A stretch of 64,000 bases of DNA, from NCBI GenBank assembly GCA_045104955.1, contig JBGCDB010000041.1, positions 8,000 through 71,999 on the forward strand. The letters are read 5' to 3'. The notes beneath the pieces were generated by a model, which saw only the letters and a list, made by a program, of their open reading frames with translations, ran no database searches and was not told the origin of the DNA. Origin of the DNA: Roseobacter sp. (GTDB lineage Bacteria; Pseudomonadota; Alphaproteobacteria; Rhodobacterales; Rhodobacteraceae). Shown here one piece after another: positions 41,402 to 50,737 of the stretch; positions within the stretch are counted from its first letter, which is position 1; each line of letters opens with the position of its first letter. The position numbers were made by a program, and so were the translations under genes.

Positions 41402-43255
41402 ATGCGCGACGAAGGTCAATCCTCTGGCATATTACTAAAATGGCTGTGGCGCGGGTATCTGCGCAAGCACACCGGCACTTTGAGCATTGCGGTGGTCTTT
41501 ATGATCATCGAAGGCTCAATGCTGGGCGTTTTGGCCTATATGATGCAACCGATGTTCGACGATGTGTTCGTCGCCGGTGATCAATCGATGCTGTATGTTG
41601 TCGGGCTTATCCTTATTGGGATTTTTGCTGTGCGCGCCGTGTCTGGTGTGGTGCAAAAGGTATTACTGACACGTATTTCACAAAAAACGGCAGCGGAAGT
41701 CCGCAATGACCTTTTAGGTCAGATCATGAAGCAAGACGGGGATTTCCATCAATCACATCCGCCGGGCTATTTGATCCAGCGTGTCCAGACCGATGTGGAA
41801 CAGATCAACACAGTTTGGCGCGCGATCATAACAGGCGCAGGGCGCGATGCCATTGGCTTGGTCGTGCTGATGGGGGTTGCGATCAACGTAGACCCGGTTT
41901 GGGCGCTTTTGGCCTGTGTGGGTGTACCCCTGTTGGTTTTGCCCGCCGCCGCCGCACAACGGTTTGTCCGGCACCGCGCGGGCGAGGCACGCGATCTAGG
42001 GGCCACTTTGGCCACACGTCTGGACGAAGTGTTTCACGGCATTGTGCAGGTCAAACTCAACAATGCCGAAAGTTATCAGGCCGACAGATACCGAACACTG
42101 ACGAAAAAATTCGTCCACACGCAGGTGCGTACTGCTTTTGGTGCAGCATCCATTCCCGCCATGATTGATATCATGTCAGGCTTTGGGTTCATGGCCGTGA
42201 TCCTATACGGTGGCTCTGAGATCATCGCAGGCGAAAAAAGCATCGGCGAGTTCATGAGCTTTTTTACCGCCATGGGGTTCGCGTTTGATCCCATGCGGCG
42301 GTTGGGCAATATCAGTGGGATGTGGCAAGTCGCGGCGGCGTCGATCGACCGGCTGAAAGAAATGATGGAAGCACCCATCCGTCTAGCTTCGCCAAAGAAC
42401 CCCAAACCGGCCCCGACCGATACACCCGATGTTGTGCTGGACCATGTGTTTCTACGGTACGGCGACACAGAAGTGCTGCGCGATTTATCCATGACTGCGG
42501 CAGCAGGGCAAACAACTGCGTTGGTTGGTGCCTCTGGCGCGGGCAAATCAACGATCTTTAATTTGCTGACCCGGTTGTTGGACCCAAGCGAAGGTCAGGT
42601 GCGCATTGGCGGCGTGGCAACAAATGAAATGGCGTTGTCAGATTTGCGCGGATTGTTTTCTGTCGTGACGCAAGAAGCGCTCTTGTTTGATGAAACCCTA
42701 CGCGAAAACGTATTGATGGGGCGCACGGACGTTGCCGACGATGAACTGAAGGCGGCGTTGGACGCGGCCAACGTCAGCGACTTTCTGGACAAACTACCGG
42801 CTGGCCTCGATACAGAGGTCGGGCCGCGCGGCTCGGCCCTTTCGGGGGGACAACGGCAGCGCGTAGTCATCGCGCGCGCGTTGTTGCGTGACACGCCGAT
42901 ACTGCTGCTGGACGAGGCGACATCAGCGCTAGACGCGCAATCAGAGCATGTGGTGCAAGAGGCGCTCGACAAGCTTGCTACGGGCCGCACTACCTTGGTT
43001 ATTGCGCATCGCCTGTCGACTGTGCGCGGCGCGGACAAGATCATTGTGATGGACAAAGGCAATGTCGTGGACGAGGGCACCCACGAAACGCTATTGGAGC
43101 GTGGAGGTATATACGCCGACCTTTATCGATTGCAGTTCCAAGAAGGCAAAACAGTGGTCGATGATCGGACCCTTGGCCCGAAAAAACGCAAAAACCCAAA
43201 GCAAAAACAGCCTACAGGGTTTTTCCATCGGATGTCGGCGTTGTTCACACGTTAA
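41402..43255 (+). CDS. ABC transporter fused TMD-NBD, MsbA-like
   Basis: Multiple TM helices, GASGAGKS, LSGGQRQR and LLLDEATSALD. Confidence 0.9.
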   Translation: MRDEGQSSGILLKWLWRGYLRKHTGTLSIAVVFMIIEGSMLGVLAYMMQPMFDDVFVAGDQSMLYVVGLILIGIFAVRAVSGVVQKVLLTRISQKTAAEVRNDLLGQIMKQDGDFHQSHPPGYLIQRVQTDVEQINTVWRAIITGAGRDAIGLVVLMGVAINVDPVWALLACVGVPLLVLPAAAAQRFVRHRAGEARDLGATLATRLDEVFHGIVQVKLNNAESYQADRYRTLTKKFVHTQVRTAFGAASIPAMIDIMSGFGFMAVILYGGSEIIAGEKSIGEFMSFFTAMGFAFDPMRRLGNISGMWQVAAASIDRLKEMMEAPIRLASPKNPKPAPTDTPDVVLDHVFLRYGDTEVLRDLSMTAAAGQTTALVGASGAGKSTIFNLLTRLLDPSEGQVRIGGVATNEMALSDLRGLFSVVTQEALLFDETLRENVLMGRTDVADDELKAALDAANVSDFLDKLPAGLDTEVGPRGSALSGGQRQRVVIARALLRDTPILLLDEATSALDAQSEHVVQEALDKLATGRTTLVIAHRLSTVRGADKIIVMDKGNVVDEGTHETLLERGGIYADLYRLQFQEGKTVVDDRTLGPKKRKNPKQKQPTGFFHRMSALFTR

Positions 43256-43926
43256 CTGCGGTAGCTATCTGCCAGATGCTGCGGTGATGCCCCGGTGAAA
43301 TAGCGCATCAATGTCCACAAGTTCCGGGTCCCGCGCCGGATCCACCCTTGTTTCTTGTATCTGACGGCACTGGTTACTGCGACTGCGTCGATCTCCTTGA
43401 GCCGCCCTTTGAGCGCGCGCGCGATGGCGACGTCTTCCATCAAAGGCTGACTGGGATAGCCGCCCACATGTTCATACAAGGTCGCAGGAACCAACAGCCC
43501 CTGATCGCCGTAAGGCAAACCAAAGCGGCTGCGCAAGTTTGCCCAGCCAGCAACCAAACGCCCCGCAAGGCCGCCATTGTCAAAAGCCAGCCGGAACCAT
43601 CCGGCATCATCCGCATCAATATGCGTGATGACGGCACCCACCCATTCCGGCGTCAATATCGTGTCCGCATGTATAACCAGCAGCCAACGCCCCTTTGCAA
43701 TCGAACAGCCTCGGGCCAATTGCGCCCCACGGGACGGCCGCCCTTTTACCAGTTCGGCGCCCCAAGCTTTGGCAATCTCAACGGTAGCATCGCTTGATCC
43801 ACCGTCGCTGACGATCAGTTCACGGATCAAACCTGCCTCTACCCCAGGCATGAGCGCCCCCAAACAAGCACCCAGATGTTCCTGCGCATTCAGCGTCGGA
43901 ACAATCACCGAAATTGGTGCACGCAT
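43252..43926 (-). CDS. GT2 glycosyltransferase (TIGR04283-like)
   Basis: 'DGGSSDAT', 'HADT', 'LPYGDQGL' and 'LMEDV'. Confidence 0.88.
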   Translation of the reverse strand: MRAPISVIVPTLNAQEHLGACLGALMPGVEAGLIRELIVSDGGSSDATVEIAKAWGAELVKGRPSRGAQLARGCSIAKGRWLLVIHADTILTPEWVGAVITHIDADDAGWFRLAFDNGGLAGRLVAGWANLRSRFGLPYGDQGLLVPATLYEHVGGYPSQPLMEDVAIARALKGRLKEIDAVAVTSAVRYKKQGWIRRGTRNLWTLMRYFTGASPQHLADSYRS

Positions 43927-43993
43927 TAAGGACCCTCTTCTAACTTTGACCAAAGTGGTTATATCCTGTCATACGCTAACGAGGAGCCCCCCC

Positions 43994-44737
43994 ATGACCA
44001 TTCGTCGCATAGTGCAGCTTACAGGCAACGATGTTGTAGATTTTCTGCAAGGGCTGATCACCAATGATATCAAGGGGATCAACCGTGGGTTGGTGTACGC
44101 GGCCATGTTAACACCTCAGGGTAAATATATTGCTGATTTCTTCCTCAGCCAGTCCACAGATGGCGTCTTGCTGGATGTTGCGGAAAGCCATGCAGATATG
44201 TTGGTGACCCGGCTGAACATGTATAAATTGCGAGCGGACGTCACGATCGCACCGACGCCGCTTCATTTACATCGAGGTTTGGGTGCTCCACCCGAAGACG
44301 CCCTGCCCGACCCACGTCACCCGGATATGGGTTGGCGCGCATATCGTGACACGCCACAAGAAACCGACGACACAGATTGGACGGCTCAGCGGATCGCCCT
44401 TGAGATTCCGGAGACCGGCGCGGAACTGACACCCGACACCTTTATTCTGGAGGTCGGATTTGAACGTCTTTCAGGCGTCGATTTCCGCAAGGGCTGTTAT
44501 GTCGGCCAAGAGGTCACAGCACGCATGAAGCATAAAACCGAATTGCGCAAAGGCTTGGCAAAAGTGGCTGTCGACGGCGATGCCGATTTTGGCACCGAAA
44601 TTACAGCAAATGGCAAAGCAGCCGGCACATTACTAAGCCGAGCTGGCAATGAGGCCCTCGCCTACCTGCGCTTTGATCGTGCAACCGGAGAGATGCAAGC
44701 CGGCGACGCAACCGTTGCCCGCATCTTAGCAAAATAA
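43994..44737 (+). CDS. ygfZ: Folate-binding Fe-S repair protein YgfZ
   Basis: 'FLQGLITND' and the 'KGCYVGQEVTARM' signature. Confidence 0.92.
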   Translation: MTIRRIVQLTGNDVVDFLQGLITNDIKGINRGLVYAAMLTPQGKYIADFFLSQSTDGVLLDVAESHADMLVTRLNMYKLRADVTIAPTPLHLHRGLGAPPEDALPDPRHPDMGWRAYRDTPQETDDTDWTAQRIALEIPETGAELTPDTFILEVGFERLSGVDFRKGCYVGQEVTARMKHKTELRKGLAKVAVDGDADFGTEITANGKAAGTLLSRAGNEALAYLRFDRATGEMQAGDATVARILAK

Positions 44738-44755
44738 AGATAATCCGAAAAAGGC

Positions 44756-45319
44756 TCAGGCGCGTTCAGAATATTCCATCGTCTCGGTGTTCACGACGAT
44801 ATCTTCGTCTTGTCCGACAAAGGGCGGCACCATGACTTTGACCCCGTTATCCAAGATCGCAGGTTTGAAAGAATTTGCCGCAGTCTGACCTTTGACAACA
44901 GGTTCAGTCTCTACAATCTTGCAGGTCACTTTCTGTGGTAATTGCGCGTTCAGCGCTTCTTCTTCATAAAACTCGACAACGATGGTCATGCCGTCTTGTA
45001 AAAACGGACGGCGTTCGCCCAAAAGCTCTGCGGGCAATTGAACCTGCTCGTAGGTCTCTGTGTCCATCACAACCAACATGCCATCGTCTTCGTACAGGAA
45101 CTGCTGGTCTTTTTGCTCAAGACGGACGCGCTCTACTTTGTCGGCAGACCTAAATCGCTCATTTAGTTTGGAACCATTGCGCAGGTTGCGGAGTTCTACC
45201 TGTGCAAATGCGCCTCCTTTACCGGGTTTCACATGATCGACTTTTACAGCCGCCCACAAACCATCGTTATGCTCCAGAGTGTTCCCGGGGCGGATCTCGT
45301 TTCCGTTAATTTTAGGCAT
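44756..45319 (-). CDS. efp: Elongation factor P
   Basis: '[10 protein letters not shown]' and 'VPPFV'. Confidence 0.95.
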   Translation of the reverse strand: MPKINGNEIRPGNTLEHNDGLWAAVKVDHVKPGKGGAFAQVELRNLRNGSKLNERFRSADKVERVRLEQKDQQFLYEDDGMLVVMDTETYEQVQLPAELLGERRPFLQDGMTIVVEFYEEEALNAQLPQKVTCKIVETEPVVKGQTAANSFKPAILDNGVKVMVPPFVGQDEDIVVNTETMEYSERA

Positions 45320-45433
45320 ATGACAAAACCATGGCAAAAGGTTGATGAATTATTGACAGCCCCTATATCTTGGTGTGCGCACCCTGGCAAGGCAACGATA
45401 TCTCGTGTTGAGAAAGAGAAAAGCTATGTCAAT

Positions 45434-45454
45434 TTTGCATACAAGCTATGCAAA
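45434..45454. promoter_or_regulatory. Inverted repeat (LysR-type T-N11-A box candidate) between efp and the divergent conserved gene
   Basis: TTTGCATA-CAAGC-TATGCAAA has perfect 8-bp arms. Confidence 0.45.
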
Positions 45455-45540
45455 TAGGGTGTATCCGAATCGACCAAACTACGTCATAAGAGACTTCACG
45501 CCGGAAAGACAAGAGCAAGAATAATGGAAAGGACGACGAG

Positions 45541-45861
45541 ATGAAAGATTTCGTTGACGGCACGGCCTTCAATAACGAACAAGGTAATCGTGCGCGTAAA
45601 CTTTTTGCAGCTGTGGTACTTGCTGCACTGGATGACGCCATTGCGGATGACAAAAAATATGGCAATGGCCCCGAACAGATTGCCCGCTGGGCCAGATCGC
45701 GCGATGGGCGCGAGGTTCTAAGTTGCGCAGGTATTGACCCCAATGAACGCGTCGTAGAGGGTCTGATGGACTTTGTTGGTAAAGGCGTGCGCACCTCAGT
45801 TGCGCTGTCGCGCGAAGAGTCAGAGCGCCGCAATGCCGCTCAGCAGGCAGAAGCCGCTTAG
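45541..45861 (+). CDS. Conserved Rhodobacteraceae protein (DUF6280-like)
   Basis: AAGGA RBS, a clean 106-aa ORF and a terminator downstream; the family name is from recall only. Confidence 0.7.
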   Translation: MKDFVDGTAFNNEQGNRARKLFAAVVLAALDDAIADDKKYGNGPEQIARWARSRDGREVLSCAGIDPNERVVEGLMDFVGKGVRTSVALSREESERRNAAQQAEAA

Positions 45862-45882
45862 ACTAGCACCAAATAATTTAGG

Positions 45883-45913
45883 AAAACGCGCTCCTTTCGG
45901 GGCGCGTTTTTTT
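45883..45913. terminator. Bidirectional rho-independent terminator
   Basis: AAAACGCGCTCC-TTTC-GGGGCGCGTTTTTTT. Confidence 0.8.
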
Positions 45914-46490
45914 ATGTGTCGATGAAGAAAAACAACCATTGTCGCACGACCCAAAGCTCGGCCATCAGCAGAACCGCCGCCAGTATTACAAAAACCAGGC
46001 CCGGGCGTGACTGCCAAATGGCGATGGCCGCTATGACGGCAGCAAAAGCTTCGACTGGCGCCACCCACATCGCACCATGATTGCGGTCCCAATAGCTAAA
46101 AGGGCTTTCATACACCCACCAGGTCAGTGGCCAAAAATGCGGCCGCCCGTCATCGTGATGCAGTGGAAAATCAAAAATCAAATGCAGCAGCGCGGCACTG
46201 GTCAACGCAATCGCCCACGTTGATTTCAACCAAAGTGCCAAGCTCAGCAACCCGCCCCAGACCACAAACGAGTTATCGATTGCAAAAACAGTCTGCCACG
46301 CCGTGGAAAAATAAAGCTCGTCGAATACAATGTTCGGGGGTATCTGCAAAATAAACAGTGCCGTGCTGGCCATGATATAGAGCGACAGGTCCGGCAACAT
46401 CGCCCCTATAAAGGCACTGGCCATCACGATACGCCCCTTGCCCCGGCCAAAGGCGGCAGCACCAAGCAAAAGATGTGCGGGCGTGTTCAT
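45912..46490 (-). CDS. Membrane-bound putative metal-dependent hydrolase
   Basis: 'MNTPAH', 'LPDL' and 'LLHLIFDFPLHHDDGRPHFWP'; multiple TMs. Confidence 0.7.
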   Translation of the reverse strand: MNTPAHLLLGAAAFGRGKGRIVMASAFIGAMLPDLSLYIMASTALFILQIPPNIVFDELYFSTAWQTVFAIDNSFVVWGGLLSLALWLKSTWAIALTSAALLHLIFDFPLHHDDGRPHFWPLTWWVYESPFSYWDRNHGAMWVAPVEAFAAVIAAIAIWQSRPGLVFVILAAVLLMAELWVVRQWLFFFIDT

Positions 46491-46599
46491 GGCTCCCCCT
46501 TGCCTTATACATTCGATGACGCTTTGGCCGGGAAACACACCCAGTTTAACGCCCAGGGTTGCAGTCGAAAACTCGGTCTAGAGGAAGCTTAGGCGTGCA

Positions 46600-47325
46600 T
46601 CAATCCAGCGATTGCGCCGTCAATGCCCGCTGAATTTCGCGACGTACCAGTTTGCGAACATTGCGTGTTATCCGCTCGCCCAAGTCGCCCTGAAGTTCAG
46701 ATCGCACAATCTCAGATACTAAATCGCGCAGGGCGGATTCGTCCATGATTTGTTCTTCGACCGTCTCGGCCAACCTGATGGTATTGGCATCCACAGGCAT
46801 ATCCGCCGCGTCCTTAACAGGCGTGCCCTTGGCATCCAATTCCACATTGTCTTGCCATTTCATTGCAGGCGACTGCGTCCCCGCGTAGGGGTCACGCCCC
46901 GGGCCATCAGGATCCCACTGGTCTGACGTTTTGGCAATTGCAGTTTCGAGTGCCGCAATTTTTGCGCTCAGCTCAAAAAAGCTGCTGGGTGCGTCCGATG
47001 GGGGCGTCTCAAGCGCAGGCTGCTGATGCTCGGTTTCTTCAGCGGCAACCTGATTGGGATTACGTGCGACTGCATCCTTCAGAACGTAGGGCTCTGGCAG
47101 CGGCGGCTCTTCGAACTCGCACCAGTCTTCTTCTGTCTCAATCGCGTCCTGCGGCTGCAGGACAAGTACATCGCTTTCCGAAACACGCAACTGCGGGGTC
47201 AAAACAAACCGGTCTTCGACGGCGACCTGTACACCGCTATCTGCAGGCCGTTTGTTGTCCCCAACCAGTCTACGGATTGATGACAAGACATCCTCCACTT
47301 CTGCATTTGTAACTATATCTGACAT
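46600..47325 (-). CDS. PopZ-like polar organizing protein
   Basis: N-terminal helix 'EDVLSSIRRLV', an acidic Pro-rich disordered middle and a C-terminal helical region ending 'LVRREIQR'; follows pcm-tolC. Confidence 0.6.
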   Translation of the reverse strand: MSDIVTNAEVEDVLSSIRRLVGDNKRPADSGVQVAVEDRFVLTPQLRVSESDVLVLQPQDAIETEEDWCEFEEPPLPEPYVLKDAVARNPNQVAAEETEHQQPALETPPSDAPSSFFELSAKIAALETAIAKTSDQWDPDGPGRDPYAGTQSPAMKWQDNVELDAKGTPVKDAADMPVDANTIRLAETVEEQIMDESALRDLVSEIVRSELQGDLGERITRNVRKLVRREIQRALTAQSLD

Positions 47326-47397
47326 ACGCCCACCACTCTTACGCTACACCTAGTTTAACGCGCAGAGGCGTATCCTACAATGCGTGATGACGTCAGA

Positions 47398-48837
47398 TCA
47401 GTCTTTTTGAAGCGCGCGCAGGACTTTATCCAACTGCTGACCTTGCTTTGAGCGGGCAGTTGGGGCGTCTTTGACCAAATTATAATAGGCTGCAGGGTCA
47501 TATATTTGCACGCCCAAGTTTAAGTTCTGCGCGGTCAGCCGCCCCGTAGATTGTAAAACGGCATAGGCCGCGACATAGAGATTCGCTTCGTCCGAAATAC
47601 GGGCTGTCTCAGCGTCCAAAAGCTCTTGTTCTGCGTCAAGCACGTCCAGCGTGGTACGCGCACCCAATGTGGCTTCTTCGCGTACGCCTTCAAAGGCGAT
47701 CCGTGCCGCCCGAATACGTTCTTGACTGGCCTCGAGGCTGGCACGACGGGCGGCAAGTGCGGCATAAGCCGTGCCCACATCCTGAGAGATATTCTTTTGC
47801 GTGGTGTGCAGGTTGCCAAATTGGGCATCGCGCTGTGCTATGGCATTGCGGATCGACGAACTAATCGCGCCCCCGCGGTAGATCGGAGCACGCAGTTCAA
47901 TACCCACAGTGCCCGCGCTGGAATAATCGCTACTGCCCAAGTCTTCGCTAAAAGACAAAGTGCCTGTGGCCGAAATACTTGGGTTCAAGGTTGCTTTGGC
48001 TCGCAAAATATTCAATTCGGCTGCTGCCACCTGGTGCTGTGCTGCAAGTACGTCTGGATGGGCCCGAAGCGCACGCGCGCGCGCATTTTCAATATTGCCT
48101 TCTAAGCGTGGTAAGTTTGGCGGAGGCGTCAATGACCCAGGTGTGCGGCCCACAACATTGCGATATTCTTCAATGACTTGCTGCAGATCGCCCTGCGCAG
48201 TCGCCAAACCGCTGCGCGCTTGTGCAAGGCTTGCTTCCGCTTGGGCAACATCTGTTCGTGTCACTTCACCCACTTCAAATCGGTCCTGGGCCGCGCGCAG
48301 TTCCTGCGTCAGAAGCCTCAGGTTGTTTTGGCGCAGATCTACGAATTCCCGTGCCGAATACACGTTGAGGTACGCCGAGACAGCGCGCAGCAGGACTTGC
48401 TGTTCTATGCTGATCAATTGCTGCCGCGTGGCAAGAACCGTTTCTTTTGCAGCTTCGATGTTCAGTTTGGAGGCACCACCGTCGTAAAGCAGAAGGCTCG
48501 CAATCAATCCCAATTGCGCCTGCGTACTTTCCAATCCAGATGTGGTCTGCGTGACCCCAACCGTGTTGCGCGCATCCCCAAAAGTTCTGCTGGCACTGGC
48601 GGTATAATCGATGATCGGCTTTAACGCGGCGGCGGCTGTCGCAACATTTTCATCTGCTGCACGCAACAACGCCCGGTTTTGATCAAGCAAACCACTCGTT
48701 TGATACGCTCCGGCAAGGGCGTCCGCCAGCGTTTCAGCTTGGGCTGAAGCGCCTATCAAGCTGCTCACAAAGCCAAGTGCAAGGGAAGACGTACGGATAA
48801 GTGTCCATGCGGAATGGGGTTTTGATCGTGCTGCCAT
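47398..48837 (-). CDS. tolC: TolC family outer membrane protein
   Basis: 'RFEVGEVTRTDVAQAE' and 'GARTTLDVLDAEQEL'. Confidence 0.92.
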   Translation of the reverse strand: MAARSKPHSAWTLIRTSSLALGFVSSLIGASAQAETLADALAGAYQTSGLLDQNRALLRAADENVATAAAALKPIIDYTASASRTFGDARNTVGVTQTTSGLESTQAQLGLIASLLLYDGGASKLNIEAAKETVLATRQQLISIEQQVLLRAVSAYLNVYSAREFVDLRQNNLRLLTQELRAAQDRFEVGEVTRTDVAQAEASLAQARSGLATAQGDLQQVIEEYRNVVGRTPGSLTPPPNLPRLEGNIENARARALRAHPDVLAAQHQVAAAELNILRAKATLNPSISATGTLSFSEDLGSSDYSSAGTVGIELRAPIYRGGAISSSIRNAIAQRDAQFGNLHTTQKNISQDVGTAYAALAARRASLEASQERIRAARIAFEGVREEATLGARTTLDVLDAEQELLDAETARISDEANLYVAAYAVLQSTGRLTAQNLNLGVQIYDPAAYYNLVKDAPTARSKQGQQLDKVLRALQKD

Positions 48838-48881
48838 TTTACTCTCTCTGTACAAACCGTCCCGAAAGTTGGGCACGGTGA

Positions 48882-49535
48882 TTATAGCTGAAACGCCGTT
48901 GCGCGCTGGAACCCCGGCAGCACGGGCGCACCCGCGTTAAAAGCCATGCGCCATGAGATTTTTCCATTTTGTTTGCGACCAATGCGTACTTCCCCCAAAG
49001 CACCATCCATGAACAAACAAGCGATACGCCCACCTTCTTTTAATTGTGCCGCAATCGCATCGGGCAATTGCATAACGCCACCCTGCACGACGATCACGTC
49101 ATAGGGGCCGTGTTGCTCGGCCCCTTCGCTCAATGCACCGACATGCACAACAACGTTATCCACGCCAGCATCTGACAAAGCCTCTTGTGCCTCGGACGCC
49201 AGCGCCTCATCGTCTTCGACTGCAACGACGGCCTCTGCCATATGCGCAATGACTGCGGCCGAATATCCAACGGCGCTCCCGATATCGAGCACGAGCTCAT
49301 CAATCGATAGGTCCAATGCATCGAGCATTTTGGCCAAAGTACGCGGCTCCAATATCGTGCGCGCGCCACCTAGATCGAGGTTTTCCCCCATATAGGCCGC
49401 CTCACGCTTGGCCGCAGGCACAAAGTCTTCGCGCGCGACCCGGAGCATCGCATCAATGATCGGGAATTTTGTAACATCAGACGGGCGAACCTGTGTGTCG
49501 ACCATCATCGTACGGCGTGCTGCGAAGTCTGTCAT
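48882..49535 (-). CDS. pcm: Protein-L-isoaspartate O-methyltransferase-like
   Basis: 'MVDTQVRPSDV', 'VLDIGSAVGYSAA' and 'GPYDVI'. Confidence 0.85.
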   Translation of the reverse strand: MTDFAARRTMMVDTQVRPSDVTKFPIIDAMLRVAREDFVPAAKREAAYMGENLDLGGARTILEPRTLAKMLDALDLSIDELVLDIGSAVGYSAAVIAHMAEAVVAVEDDEALASEAQEALSDAGVDNVVVHVGALSEGAEQHGPYDVIVVQGGVMQLPDAIAAQLKEGGRIACLFMDGALGEVRIGRKQNGKISWRMAFNAGAPVLPGFQRATAFQL

Positions 49536-49681
49536 TATGCTAAACTCATCCGTTCAGTTTTTCCTTTTACCGGTTTTACACATCTTCGCGCAACCGGCAA
49601 CGGGTGAGCGCCGTATTTTGACTACCTGTGACACTTGCAGCACCGTTGATTATCGGTTAGCTGTGCGCGCACATCACGAGA

Positions 49682-49755
49682 GGCGAGTTGGCGGAGTGGT
49701 GACGCAGCGGATTGCAAATCCGTGTACACCGGTTCGATTCCGGTACTCGCCTCCA
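49682..49755 (+). tRNA. tRNA-Cys (GCA)
   Basis: GGCGAGT...ACTCGCC acceptor stem, anticodon loop TTGCAAA, T-loop TTCGATT, U discriminator and encoded CCA; 74 nt. Confidence 0.96.
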
Positions 49756-49802
49756 TTTAAAATCAATGATTTAGCCGATTTTCAAGACGCACCGCCAGCC
49801 GC

Positions 49803-49824
49803 GTCTAAACATTTGTCTAAACAT
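49803..49824 (+). repeat. Tandem GTCTAAACAT x2, putative integrase arm-type sites (left end)
   Basis: Copies at 49803-49812 and 49815-49824; the same decamer recurs at 54844 and 54885. Confidence 0.7.
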
Positions 49825-50227
49825 TCTGTTTTTGTTCTGTTCTCATTTTACCGTCCCGCAAACTGCCATTGAGGCCTAAAATTCTCCCAAGCTGGCCCAT
49901 CGAAAAGAACAGCAAAGCCGACGCGTAACGCCGCAATCTAAGCTTGCTTTCTCAGCAGACAGCAAACAGCGGAACCTCTCCGCAAAAAATCCAAAGAAAC
50001 AAAAGCGGCCTTGGTCGCGCCTGCATGTTTCCCCTGGGCGATCAGCCCAAGGGAAGACATGCGGGTTGTTTCGGCCTGCCACTCGCAGCGGCGGAGCCGC
50101 ACCCTACCCGCTTCGCACAAGTACAAAGAAGCCGCCTTATCGGCTTCGACTGCTTTAAACGACCTGCGCGCCACACCGTGCGCGCGGGGCGTTTTATTCC
50201 CTTCCTCTCCTACCTCTTGATGGGGGT

Positions 50228-50404
50228 TGCATTTAGTGACACCGGCACTCGGCAGGGAATATCCCCCCTTTCTCAAGTCCGAGGCGGCGATCCACAGCAC
50301 CTAGTGATCGTCAAGCCTATCGACACTTAAGCGACTGCTTTGCACTCGCAGTGATAAAATTGCACCGCGATTTACTAAATTGGGTGTATGCATTTAGTGA
50401 CACC
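50228..50404 (+). repeat. 16-bp direct repeat TGCATTTAGTGACACC
   Basis: Exact copies at 50228-50243 and 50389-50404, upstream of xis-int. Confidence 0.7.
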
Positions 50405-50572
50405 CTCATAGTGAGCATCAAAGTTTCTAACGCGAACTCAGCCCCTTTTCTTGCCCCAAGAATCCGCCATCGCTAGATTCAACTTCAGCAAAGGTTTGCA
50501 TGAGCGCTCTTCGCTCATTCGTCCCAAAGGACGCGCAGACTTACACAATAATGGCTGAAAGGTTGAAAACAC

Positions 50573-50737
50573 ATGGCGGCAACTATCGAACAAAAAGCAT
50601 TGGGCTTGCTCAAGGCGTTCGAGAATGCGGGCAAGCCGGTCAGCCGTGTCACTATAGAAGGGCGCAAGATCGAGCTCGTTCTCTCTGCGCCCAAAACCCA
50701 AGACGAATTTGACGGGATCGATATGCGCCATGGCTAA
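50573..50737 (+). CDS. 54-aa protein coupled to the integrase (excisionase/RDF candidate); absent from the ORF track
   Basis: MAATIEQKALGLLKAFENAGKPVSRVTIEGRKIELVLSAPKTQDEFDGIDMRHG*; GAAAGG RBS; overlaps the integrase start by 8 nt. Confidence 0.65.
   Translation: MAATIEQKALGLLKAFENAGKPVSRVTIEGRKIELVLSAPKTQDEFDGIDMRHG

Noticed and set aside
50500-50712. 70-aa ORF from the track as the gene upstream of the integrase
   Set aside because: The overlapping 54-aa frame (50573-50737) has an RBS and couples to the int start, so it is the better candidate.
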